A stretch of 64,000 nucleotides of DNA, taken from NCBI RefSeq assembly GCF_004010195.1, contig NC_057721.1:70665336-70729335 (forward strand). The letters are read 5' to 3'. This document shows positions 1-63,599 of this stretch, piece after piece. The DNA comes from Chiloscyllium plagiosum (Eukaryota). Below the pieces are notes generated by a model. The model did not search any database and had not been told where the DNA came from. It saw nothing but the letters and a program-made list of their open reading frames with translations. Position numbers and translations under genes: made by a program. Position 1 is the first letter of the stretch, and every line of letters begins with the position of its first letter.

Positions 1-1051
1 AAATTTCTCTCATTGCCTTGCCCTCTGCAGGGAATTCTTAGCAAGGAACAAAACAGGGCACTGGTTCCTGAACAGCGCAATGCTTCTTCTTACCAATCCT
101 ACTGAGATCTAGCTATTTGGCAGCTCCTACAACCAAAAGAGAACCACGATACCATCTCACTCAGTTACAAATCTCAAGGTAAAATGCTTGGCACCATTCG
201 AAAAAAAGGTGAAGAAAATAAAAGTCAGCATTCTAACCACAAGTCACTCTCTGAATAATACTCTAACATCCAGGGCTGTCCTTTGGAAGGAACAGAAATC
301 AGAGACCAAATCCTTCCAAATGGCTCCGAAAGGCCTGGTGGCTGTGCCATCTTTTGAGCCTATCAATAGGCTTCCATTTCCAAAGGAAAAATGGCAAAAT
401 ATGAATGGAGTGGAGCAAAAGGGTCAAAGGGATGTGGATGAAGCAAGAGTAAAAAGTAATGGAATTTTGCAGATGAGTTAGATGGGGTTTAAACCCAATT
501 GTATATTTTTAAAAAACTACAATAGTTCTAAACTTAAATGACAAAAGCCAATTGAAATAGCTGTATGCAGGTCACAAACATTGTAAAGTTTCCTGCAATC
601 TAGCACGATAGCTCAAATCAATATGAACACCTCAGCGGAGGTTCCTAAGATATGGTGTTTTATCTGAGATTGGGCCTGGGTACATAAAAATGTAGTGTTC
701 AAAGTACTTCAAGATTTTCAAAACCTTGTTCGGTATCCAAAGCTCATGACAGGAAATTACAAATGAATGGAAGCCCACCAATTCCAGCCCCCCTTCCCAC
801 CACCTGTCCTCAACACCACAAAGTAAAAGTGTTGCTATTTACCTCAGTGAGCGTTAAGTAACATTTAAAGTTTAGTATCCTACTAAATTGAAATAATTTT
901 GATGCAGCACACCTCAGTAATTGCAAGTCAAGTAATACCATGAGGCTTTCAGAGTTTGCACATTCCCTAGTCACAGTGCAACACAGTGGACAGAAGGGGA
1001 GGATTGGAGGGGAGGGGGAAGGAGAGAGTTAACCTCAAGCATTCCTAAGTG

Positions 1052-53162
<52,111 letters not shown>

Positions 53163-53624
53163 GTCAGGCAACAATAAAGAGTACATTAGATACTGCACCT
53201 ACATTAGATACTGCACATTTAAAAAAAAATATATTAACTGGATATATTTTGCCAAATTGGAGGCATGTCTTTAAAAATTGAGCAAAAGTGTCTAACCTCT
53301 GAAAATTGTTAAGTAGCTTAACAAATCACTAAATTACAAAAAACAAGTTATTTTTAAAAGTGTTGAATTCGATTCCTTGATGTGGGTTTCACTTTCAGCC
53401 CTTCCTTACTAACTCCATTCTCCTTATGAAAGGGGCACAGGCCGACACCACAGAGCTCAATCCCCGGCCACAATTACTGACTGCATCCGGCCACACAGTG
53501 AGCAAGCCGGGCCCTGAACCACACTGACACTGCTGAGAGTGAAAGCAAGCTCAGCCCACAATACATACAAACAGCCAGCCTCCACATCCCCGCTCCCAGC
53601 TCCAAGTCCACTCTCCAGGCATTT

Positions 53625-53650
53625 ACTAAGGGGCGGGGTCCGCCCAAACC
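53625..53650 (-). promoter_or_regulatory. Paired GC boxes, probable C2CD2 promoter
   Basis: GGGGCGGGG (53630-53638) and CCGCCC (53640-53645) in a locally GC/CpG-rich patch about 0.5 kb upstream of the first coding exon. Confidence 0.5.
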
Positions 53651-53739
53651 CCTCCCCGAAGCTTCTTAAAGCAGCACTGACCCAGCACACAACCCCACAG
53701 TCCAAAAACCACACAATCTCACTCTGTCCTTGCCCATCA

Positions 53740-54400
53740 CTCTACATCTATTTCTCTCTTTCTTTATCTATATTTATTTATCCGGCTCTCAATTTATCTA
53801 GATTTCTCTATTTCTCTCTCTCTATCTCACCCTCTCTATTTATTTCTCCCTGTCCATTTATCCATCTCCTTATCTCTTTTTTCTCTATTTATTTACCTTT
53901 ATTTACTTCCCTCTATGTTTATCTCTCCCTCTATTTATCTCTCTTTCTAACCATATCAATCTCTTTCTCTGTTCCTGTCTATCTCTCTGTTTCTCTTTCC
54001 CTTCCCATCCCCTCTATTTTTCTATCTCTCTCAGTTTATTTCTTTCCATCTATCTCTTTCTATCTCTCTATCTCTGTGTATCTATTTCTTACTACCTTAC
54101 TCTATCCCTCTCTATCTCTTTATCTATTTTTCTCACTCTAGTTCTGGCTGTTTGTCTATTTCTATCCATCTATACCTCTCTATTTCTCTCTATGTATGCA
54201 TATTTCTATTTAATCATTTTTTGTAAAACCTCTATCATCTTTTTACTTACCTACCTCACTCTGTCCATCTTTATCTCTCTCAGCCTATCCTCTTTCTCCT
54301 CTTGATATTTCACTATCTGTCACTCTATTTAACACACTTCATTTTCTACTTTTTTACTTATTTATCCATTCATATTTCTATCAATACATTTTATTTGTCT
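53740..54400. repeat. Pyrimidine-rich low-complexity tract (TCTC/TCTA)
   Basis: About 650 bp almost devoid of G on the plus strand. Confidence 0.9.
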
Positions 54401-54830
54401 ACCTATTAGCAATTACATGCATTCAGATAGCACCTTTGATGTAATAAAACATTGCAACAAGGAACATTTTAATGAGCATCTTAAAGTAAGCAAAAAAAAT
54501 GTGGAGAAATTTCAGTTTAAGGCCCAAGTAGCTGAAGGAATGACGACCAATAATAGTGATTTAAATCAGGGATGCTCAAGACGCCAGAATTAGGTAAGCG
54601 AAAACTCCACAAAGTTTAGTCTTTTATGTATTTATCTTTATATCAATTTAACTCTGTCTGTTGTTCTAGGTCCTGTCTTAGATGGTTATGCATTAATCTG
54701 CCGATCTCCTTTCCAAACTGTTTGTTTCCTTATCCACCTTTGTCTGTCTATCAGTCCATTCAATTGTGCCTGAGGTGTATGTCATAAGATGTTATACCAA
54801 TGAATTGTCAAATAGACATAATATAGGTAT

Positions 54831-55483
54831 ATTCTGGATTAGTGGTGCTGGAAGAGCACAGCAGTTCAGGCAGCATCTGAGGAGCAGTAAAATCGACATT
54901 TCGTGCAAAAGCCCTTCATCAGGAATACAGGCAGAGAGCCTGAAGGGTGGAGAGATAAGTGAGAGGAGGGTGAGGGTGGGGGTGGGGAGAAAGTAGCATA
55001 GAGTTGCAGTGGGAGAGGGACTCCCTGAGATTCTTGTAGAGAGAGGGGGAAAACTTCCTCAAGGCAGGCATCCTTGCAAGAGGCTTCACAGTAGGGTTAA
55101 AATTAACTAGGTAAAAACAATGACTGCAGATGCTGGAAACCAGATTTTGGATTAGTGGTGCTGAAAGAGCACAGCAGGTCAGGCAGCATCCGAGGAGCAG
55201 TAAATCGACGTTTTGTGCAAAAGCTCTTCATCAGGAATACAGGCAGAGAGCCTGAAGGGTGGAGAGATAAGTGAGAGGAGGGGGGGGTGGGGAGAAAGTA
55301 GCATAGAGTTGCAGTGGGAGAAGGACTTCCTGAGATTCTTGTAGAGAGAGGAGGAAAACTTCTTCAAGGCAGGCATCCTTGCAAGAGGATTCGCAGTGGG
55401 GTTAAAATCAACTAGGTAAAAACAATGACTGCAGATGCTGGAAACCAGATTCTGGATTAGTGGTGCTGGAAGAGCACAGCAGT
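54831..55483 (-). mobile_element. Tandem array (~2.1 x 305-313 bp) of a hammerhead-bearing mini-Penelope / retrozyme-like unit
   Basis: ggattagtggtgctg recurs at 54836, 55149 and 55454; hammerhead-like cores at 54895-54922 and 55207-55234. Confidence 0.85.
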
Positions 55484-56214
55484 AAGAAAAATCATGAGGG
55501 GTTTGTACAGAATGAAATAGGGAAATAAAGCTCCTATTGGTCAAAGTATGAAGAACAAAAGGGCACACACTTAAAGTCATTGGAGGGGAAAAAGCAATTA
55601 AGACGTGAGACAAACGTTTTACACAACTGATTTGAATCTGGAATGTACTGCCTGAAAGTGTGGTCAAAACAAGTTCAGTTGAGGAATTCAAGAGTGAGTT
55701 AGATTTTAGGTGAAAAGGAAGATTGCGTAGGGCCACAGAGAGCAGGTTAGGGAGTGGTACTTGATGAATCACTCTTTCAGAGTAGTAGTGCAGACAAATG
55801 TTTCTGTCCTATAACTATTCTGTGATTAATAATCTGTCTGTTGTTTCTGCTGGCAGTTCGAGATCCAAAAGTAACACTCAGAGAAAAATGGAGATTTTCT
55901 AAGGTCATAGCCAGGACCATCAAAAACATTATTGTGTTTGTCTGTATAACAATGGCGCTTGTACACCAAAGTGTGAACTGTTGGGAAATATACTTGAAAG
56001 ATTTGATTAGATTTTGTACAACTGATCATTTGTTTCTAAACATCATCCTCACAAGGTCCTGACACAGAGCTGTAGACAATCAGTGTAGCTGGCTCCTATG
56101 CTGTCCATATATTATTCTTAAAGGTTAAGTGTCATCAATCACATGCCATATGTTAGTGTTATGATTAAGCAAATATATTTCTATATCTCTGGATTAAAAC
56201 CTTTTAAAAACTCT

Positions 56215-57420
56215 GAGTGGAAACATCTTTTCCACATCTGCTCTATCTAGGTCTCTCTGTATTCTGTATGCTTAAATCAGATCCTCGCCTTATCCTTCTA
56301 AACTCTATCGAGTGCAGACCCAGAGTCCTCAATTGCTCCTCATATGACAAGCCCTTCATCCCTGGGATCAATCTTGTAAACATCCTCTAGACCTCCTCCA
56401 ACAACAGTACATCCTTCCTTAGATACAGGGCCCAAAACTGGTCACAATATTCCAAATATAGTCTGACCAGAGCCTTTTACAGCCAGAACAGTACATTCCT
56501 GTTCTTGTATTCTAGTCCTTTTCAAATTAATGCTAACATCGCATTTGCCTTTCCCCATTTAGAAAATTGTCTATGCCTCCATTCTTCCAATATTTTATAT
56601 TTTCCCACATTGTATTCCATCAGCCACTTCTTGATCCACTCTTGTAGCCTGTCCCAGTCTTTCTACAGCCTCCCTGCTTCCTCAACAATATCTGTCTCTC
56701 CACGTATCTTTGTGTCATCTGCCAACTTAGCAACAATGACCTCAATTGATTCGTCCAGATCGTTAATGTATAACATAAAGACGAACCCCATGCAGAGCTT
56801 CACTGATCACAGATTGCCATCCTGAAAAAAAGACCCCTTTAATCCCCTTTATCTGCTTTCTGCCAGTTAACCAATCCTCTATCCATGCCAATACTTTGCC
56901 CCTAACACCATGGGCTCTTATTTTATTAGCAACCTCCTGAGTAGCACATTGTCAAAGGCCTTCTGGAAATCCAAATCAATCTGGTTCTCCTTTGCTTAAC
57001 TTACTGATTACCTCCTCAAATAATTCTAACATATTTGTCAGGCATGACGTTCCTTTGACAAAGCCGTGTTGACTCAGCCTATTGTACCATGCACTTCCAA
57101 GTACTCAGCAATATCATCCTTAATAATGGTCTCTAAAATCTTACCCACGACCAAGGTCAGGCTAACCAGCTTATAGTTTCCTGTCCGCTGCCTCCTTCCC
57201 TTCATTACATTAGCCATATTCCAGTCTGCTGGAACCCTTCCTGGTTCTGGATCAGTGGTGCTGGAAGAGCACAGCAATTCAGGCAGCATCCGACGAGCAG
57301 CAAAATCGACATTTCGGGCAAAAGCCCTTCATCAGGAATAACCTGACTCCAGTGATTTCTGAACGATCACCATCAATGCCTTACAAACTCCTCTGCCAAC
57401 TCCTTCAGAATTCTTCTCCC
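56215..57420 (-). mobile_element. CR1 LINE RT fragment with nested Penelope repeat at ~57245-57340
   Basis: Reverse strand VPADW.MANV, GNYKLVSLTLVVGKILE, DFQKAFDNV; nested copy reads attcCTGATGAaGGGCttttGCCCGAAAtGTC. Confidence 0.85.
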
Positions 57421-57589
57421 TGCAGTTAGTCACTACAATCACCTCTGCAACCTGACTCTCTCAAAGCAGGAGACACTGCCTAAAAGGGTAGTAGAGGTGG
57501 GAATCTTCAGAACTGTTCAGAGCTATGAGCCCAAGTACCTAAAAACTGGAATGGATTAGATAGATGTGGGGGCGGGGGCAGTAAGGAGT

Positions 57590-57985
57590 AAAACGATAGG
57601 TGGGGATAGAGCCCAAAGAGAAAAAAGAACAGTTGGACAGACAAAGGAGTGGATAACGATCTGGCTATGAGTGTGAATAGCTGTTAATGGAGACTAGCCG
57701 AAAGTGAGGACTGCAGTTGCTAGAGGTTACAGTCGAGAGTGTGGTGCTGGAAAAGCACAGCAGGTCAGGCAGCATCCAAGCAGCATGAAAATCGAGATTT
57801 TGGGCAAAAACCTCTCATCAAGGCAAACAATAGATAGGGTATAATGCAGACTGTGATAACAAGGCCTGGTGTGTGGGGTCGGGGCCTAGGACATGGGAAA
57901 GTTCAGGCCCTAAAATTATTGAACTCATTATTGAGTCAGGAGGGCTGCAGGGTCCCCAAACAGAAAACGAGACGTTGTTTTTTCC
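57590..57985 (-). mobile_element. Penelope-like 3' end with nested family A-like repeat (~57700-57823)
   Basis: Reverse strand EKQRLVFCLGTLQPS*LNNEFNNFRA*, resembling the GIY-YIG C-terminus. Confidence 0.75.
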
Positions 57986-58339
57986 AGTATATCAGCATTC
58001 CAATATGCTTCATCACAAGTTTTACTATTTTTCCTTCTGATGCGATGGGCCGAAGGGTCTTTATCCAAACTATTAAAAAAACTCTATTACTGTGTAAAAC
58101 ATCCTTGCCCTGTTATATTTTTCAATCACGTCGCCTCCTAAACTCCAGTGAATACAAAATTTAAAAACAGTGGGTGCTGAAGATCTGAAACTAAAATTGA
58201 AACTCAGCAGACTTGGCAGTGTCCGTGGAGAGAATTCAGAAGTTAACATTTTGAGTTCAGTGACCATTCTTCAGCTTCAGTGACCAGAACTTCTGCTTAT
58301 GTCCAAATCATGCTTATGTTCCAGTGATTGCGAGTTTAC

Positions 58340-58581
58340 ATTCATTTTTGTCCCGGGCAGGATGCTGTAGTCAGGAGGAGAAACTCCCTCCTCCTCCAGC
58401 AGCGGATGATGTCACCCGGTGGAATGTTTACATTGTCGCAGAAACTGACGGCGTTCCATTTCCATTGTTGAATGGTTACATTGTTTCCCCCGGGGTTCCA
58501 TCAGTCTCTGATCCTCACCACAAGGATACACACGGGGTCAGACACAGACACAGACGGACCCGGCTTGTCCTGCGGGCCACC
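58340..58581 (+). promoter_or_regulatory. ATG101 promoter / 5' UTR, CpG-rich region
   Basis: CpG-rich stretch running into exon 1; CRE-like TGATGTCA at 58407-58414; forkhead motif TGTTTAC at 58425-58431; strong Kozak gccaccATG at 58582. Confidence 0.55.
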
Positions 58582-58833
58582 ATGAACTGCAGGTCGCAGA
58601 TCCTGGAGCTCACCGTGGAAGCCAGGCAAATCGAGGAGACCGTGCTGGCCGTGCTCCACACCGTGCTTCTGCACCGGAGCTCGGGCAAGTTCCACTACAA
58701 GAAGGAGGGCACCTACTCCATCGGCACGGTGGGCACCGAAGACGTGGACTGCGATTTCGTCGACTGCACCTACGTGCGGGTCTCGTCCGACGAGCTGGAC
58801 CGTACGCTGCGTCGATCCGTAGGCGAGTTTAAG
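58582..58833 (+). CDS. ATG101: Autophagy-related protein 101, coding exon 1
   Basis: gccaccATG; [84 protein letters not shown]|gtgagt; 84 codons. Confidence 0.97.
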
Positions 58834-59683
58834 GTGAGTTCGCTCTGCAGACTTCGTTATATCTCTGCTGTTTTGTGTATTTTTTTTAAAAAAAGCGACG
58901 CCAGCTCCAAGCTCGGATTCATCATGGATCGAGTCGGTTGGTTTCGGTTTATGTTCAAATTCAAGCGCTTCCATTGTCTGCATTCTTCTCATAATGATTT
59001 ACAGAGTCTCCAGGCCTACAGTTGCAGTTTCAGCCTCACCTTGGTCGCTGTCACTCTTCGATCAGGCCTTCCTTCACACCCCCATGTCTTGATCCCAAAA
59101 TCAAGGCTGAGATTGAGTGTGACGTTCCCCGAGGTGCCCCCGGCCTTTTGAATGGAAGCCCACACCTGCACTGTGAGATAGTTGTGAGGGATCCCCATAA
59201 GGCACAATTTCAAAACAGAGTAGTTCTCTCCGGTTTTATAGGTTTGATCAGATTTGATTTAATGTAGCCACATGTACCATAGTACAGCGAAAAGCTTTGT
59301 TTTGTGAACAAAGCAAGCAAGCACATACAGATAATCACAACCACCTAGTGCTAGTGCTTCCAATTAAACCTGTTGGACTATAACCTGGTGTTGTGTGATT
59401 TTTAACTTTATACAGATCATAGGGTGCTTAGACAGAGGGAGGTATAGAGGGCTACAATGCACAAAGCAGATCAATGTTAACAAGATCAGCATTATTTGAA
59501 GTTAGAAAGGTCCATTCATCAGTCTAATAACAACAGGGAAGAAGTGGTTCTTGAACCTGTTGGTGCCTGTCCAAGCTTCTGTATTTTCTACCTGAGTTTG
59601 GAAGAGAACGTTCGATATTGCAGTGAATTGATGTAGCAACCCAGGGGGATGCCCTGAAAGTTGACTTAAAACCAACTTTAAAC

Positions 59684-60017
59684 CCAGCACGGTGGCACAG
59701 TGGTTAGCACTGTTGCCTCACAGCACCAGAGACCCGGGTTCAATTCCCGCCTCAGGCGACTCTCTGTGTGGAGTTTGCACATTCTCCCTGTGTCTGCGTG
59801 GGTTTCCTCCGGGTGCTCCGGTTTCCTCCCACAGTCCAAAGATGTGCAGGTCTGGTGAATTGGCCATGCTAAATCGTCTGTAGTGTTAGGTAAGGGATAA
59901 ATGTAGGGGTATGGGTGGGTTGCACTTCGGCGGGTCGGTGTGGACTTGTTGGGCCGAAGGGCCTGTTTCCACACTGTTGTGAGGCAGCAGTGCTAACCAC
60001 TGTGCCACCGTGCCGCC
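59684..60017 (+). mobile_element. Young HE1-type SINE followed by an inverted copy of its own head
   Basis: CpG-rich full SINE 59684-59975; 59979-60017 is the reverse complement of ggcggcacggtggcacagtggttagcactgctgcctcaca. Confidence 0.88.
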
Positions 60018-60762
60018 TACTTCTGCTTGTTCAGGCTCAATCTAATCATAAGGAAAGTATTGGGAGGTAGTGTGAGAGTGAGGTGGGGTATCTGGGTATT
60101 TGTAGTGAGGGCTAATTGTCAAGAAGTGCTAGTAGGTGAGAGATGGAGTGAACTGCATTGAGCAGTGTGAGAGGTTGGAATTGTAGTATATTGGAAATGT
60201 ATGGAGCTGGTAGATGTCAGTTTACAGTTAGGCCAGCCATGTGAGATTTAATTTCTTTCGCGTTGCTTATGGGTTCTTGGCTGAGAACCTGGGAGTTTGC
60301 CTCCTTGGAATCTTGCTCCCATTCCTTTCTCGGGGTATGCCTACTGCCCCTCCTCCATTACCATTCCTGGAAGCACAGCCCAGCTCCATCACCAATGTCT
60401 CCAACAATGCTTCCACCACCCTCAACACCATTTCCGTGTCCTGACGTTCATTTTTCTGTCATTTAAATGCCAGCAACATTGCGTGTGGGCTTACCTTTAA
60501 GGGAGTCACCATGCCTTTCAAATGAGCCATCTATGTCCAATTGAAAAGGCAGTTTGTGCCTCAGTTTAACACCTCAACTGAAAGAGAGGACCTCTTACAG
60601 TGCAGCGTTGATGCAGTACTGGAGTGTCCAGGCCAGCCAGCCCAATGAGACTGCTCTGCCATTCATTGAGATCATGGCTGATTCCTGACCCAGCTGAGTT
60701 TATCATGAAGGGCCTGCCTTCTACACCTCAGGCACGGTGATCCTTAGGTTAGACTCACCACC

Positions 60763-60767
<5 letters not shown>

Positions 60768-60807
<40 letters not shown>

Positions 60808-60808
60808 T
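60768..60808. repeat. (CT)n(CA)n compound microsatellite within a SINE
   Basis: Direct reading. Confidence 0.9.
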
Positions 60809-61036
60809 CACAAGAGAACAGCATTATGGTCCTCTGGGACTATGGCAATTTTACTTTTCCTCTATTCTAGATGCTGATCAATGCTACATACTCAGGGAAC
60901 ATTCGTATATCAAGTTATAGTGTATGCTAGGAGTTAATTGTGACCACTGTTACCCTCAATTTTCTCCTGTCGCTCTACAATATCACTTGCCTGGATGAGC
61001 ACAGGTAAGCTAATTAGCCATCAGCCTGGTTAGAAT

Positions 61037-61240
61037 TAAAAGTCACACAACACCAGGTTATAGTCCAATAGGTTTATCTTAAAACACTAGCTTTTGGAGC
61101 GCTGCTCCTTCATCAGGTGGTTGATGAAGGAGCAGTGCTCTGAAAGCTAGTGCTTCCAAATAAATCTGTTGGACTTTAATCTGGTGTTGTGTGATTTTTA
61201 ACTTTGTCCACCCCAGTCCAACACTGGCACCTCCAAGTCA
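61037..61240. mobile_element. Fold-back Penelope-like terminal repeat (family B)
   Basis: Inverted arms; TSD g(c/t)ctggttagaat at 61024-61036 and 61241-61253. Confidence 0.85.
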
Positions 61241-61507
61241 GTCTGGTTAGAATAGAGCTACCTGCCTTTTCTTCATGTTCCCTATATGACCAAAATGTAC
61301 CTCTCCATAGCTGTTTGAGAAAAGAAATTTCAGAAATCACACTACCTTCTGTGTGAAAAATTGGTTAATGATTGGAATAGTTTATTTCAAATTTCAATAT
61401 TGGCCTCCTGGTTTGGGATTTGACACAAGAAAACCAGTTTCTCTATATCTATGTACTTTTAAATCGTTTTACCATTTTAAATACCTCAATCCCAAAGAAA
61501 TACAAAA

Positions 61508-62740
61508 GAAAAGGTTGGTTTATGAGGAGAGATTGAGTAGATTAGATTACCTACAGTGTGAAAACAGACCATTTGACCCAATGAGGGCAGCACGGTAGCT
61601 CAGTGGTTAGCACTGCTGCCTCACAGCACCAGGGACCTGGGTTTGATTCCCTCGTCAGGCAGCTGTCTGTATGGAGATTGCATATTCTCCCCGTGTCTGT
61701 GTGGGTTTCTTCAGGGTGCTCCAGTTTCTTCCCACAATCCAAAGATGTGCAGGTCAGGTGAATTGCCATGCTAAATTGCCCATAGGGTTAGGTGCATAAG
61801 GCACGGGTAAATAGAGAGTAGGAGAATGGATCGGGTGGGTTACTCTTTGGAGGGTGGGTGTGGACTTGTTGGGCCAAATGGCTGTTTGCATACTAATCTA
61901 AAAAAAAAATCCACTCCGAAGAGTGATTTTTTTTTTTAAGATTAGTATGAAAACAGGCCATTTGGCCCAAAAAGTCCACGTCAACCCTCCGAAGAGTAAC
62001 CCACCCAAACCCATTCCACTACTCTACATTTACCTGTGACTGTGGGAGGAAACCGGAGAACATAGAGGAAACACACAGACATGGAGAGAATGTCCAAAGT
62101 CCACACAAACAGTCATCCAAGTCAGAAATCGAACCCAGGTCCCTGGCACTGTGAAGCAACAGTGCTAACTACTGAGCCTCCATACACCTAACACTATGGG
62201 CAATTTGGCACGGCCAATTCACCTAACCTGCACATCTTTGGACTGTGGGAGGAAACCCACACAAACACAGGGAAAATGTGCAAACTCCACACAGTCAGCC
62301 AAGATTTGGACTATACTCTTTGGAATTTAGAAGAATAGGGGAGGATCTTATATAAACATTTAAAATTATGAAGGGAATACTGTAGATAAGATAGAAGCAG
62401 GGAGGTTGTTTCCACTGGCAGGTGAAACTAGAACTAGGGGGCATGGCCTCAGATTAAGGGAGAGCAGATATAGGACTGAGTTGAGCAGCAACTTCTTCAC
62501 CCAAAGGGTTGTGAATCTGTGGAATCCCTTCCCCAGTGGGGCAGCTAAGGCTACCTCACAATGGTTTTTAAGTATAGGACAGATAGCTCTTAACTCCTTT
62601 ACTGTTCAAAATCTATGATGAGCAGGCGGGTAAGTGGAGCTGAGTCTATGAAAAGATCAACCATCATCCCATTGAATCTCTGAGCAGGCTCAATGGGCCA
62701 GATGATCTACTGCTGCTTGTATTTCTTGTGTTCTTATGTA
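61508..62740. mobile_element. CR1 3' fragment (+) interrupted by nested HE1 SINEs in both orientations
   Basis: CR1 ...YEERLSRL breaks at ~61541 and resumes GLYSLEFRR at ~62302; HE1(+) at 61585-61900; HE1(-) pieces at 61543-61580 and 61938-62301. Confidence 0.85.
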
Positions 62741-63194
62741 AAGCTTTGCTCAAAATTTAGCCTGCTAAACTCTAGAATTTCTATCAACTTAAGCTGCATT
62801 CAGTTCCCTTCAAGAACTAGATATTTCCCCAAGTTTTGGTATTCAAAACTGAATGAGGACATGCTCCTGGTAGCCCAGATTAAAAATACAATTGTATCTG
62901 GAATTTAGGAAAAAATTATCTGAACTTTAGCATCAATTGGATGTGGGATCATCATCCCACTTACTAAGTGTACATGATCAGACTGTGGAGTCCCCAAATA
63001 CTGGATGAGATTGAAACGTAATATGATTCCAACCTGGGACCTATGGTCTACAAGGTTTAGAACCCCCCCTCAAACTTACTGTAATTTCAAGAATTGTGCA
63101 TTCAGACTCCAACATAACAATTATATTTGGTTGATATTTTGGAGTAATGGATCTCACCCCTCATTTGCCTTATGCCATTTTCTCTTAACAATAG

Positions 63195-63599
63195 GATGCC
63201 CTTCGTAATTCTGGAAGCGATGGGAGTGGTCAAATCTCCCTTGAGTTCTACCAGAAGAAGAAATCACGCTGGCCATTCTCAGATGAGTGCATTCCATGGG
63301 AGGTATGGGCCTTCAAACTCAACGTGGTGAACCTGGCCAATGAACAGGAGAGGCAGATCTGCCGTGAGAAGGTGGGCGAAAAACTAGGCGAGAAGATAAT
63401 TAATATCATCGAGGTCATGAACCGACATGAGTACTTGCCCAAAATGCCGACGCAATCAGAGGTGGACAATGTCTTTGATACAAGCCTGAGAGATGTGCAG
63501 CCGTACCTGTACAAAATCAGCTACCAGATCACTGATTCTCTTGGGACATCCGTTAGTACTACTATGAGGAGATTGATTAAAGACACACTGGCTTTATAA
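63195..63599 (+). CDS. ATG101: Autophagy-related protein 101, coding exon 2
   Basis: aatag|[38 protein letters not shown]...[10 protein letters not shown]; total 218 aa with the WF finger at W110/F112, as in vertebrate ATG101. Confidence 0.97.
   Translation, partial: DALRNSGSDGSGQISLEFYQKKKSRWPFSDECIPWEVWAFKLNVVNLANEQERQICREKVGEKLGEKIINIIEVMNRHEYLPKMPTQSEVDNVFDTSLRDVQPYLYKISYQITDSLGTSVSTTMRRLIKDTLAL

Noticed and set aside
188-481. 97-aa plus-strand ORF
   Set aside because: It starts at TTG, has no recognisable homology, and lies downstream of the C2CD2 stop; likely chance.
53539-54141. 200-aa hydrophobic ORF
   Set aside because: Artefact of the pyrimidine-rich low-complexity tract.
58501-58992. 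163-aa antisense ORF over ATG101 exon 1
   Set aside because: Expected shadow of GC3-rich coding sequence.
58324-59151. 275-aa ORF as a single-exon or N-terminally extended ATG101
   Set aside because: The true start is the Kozak ATG at 58582 and the ORF reads through the donor at 58834; the spliced form gives the canonical 218 aa.
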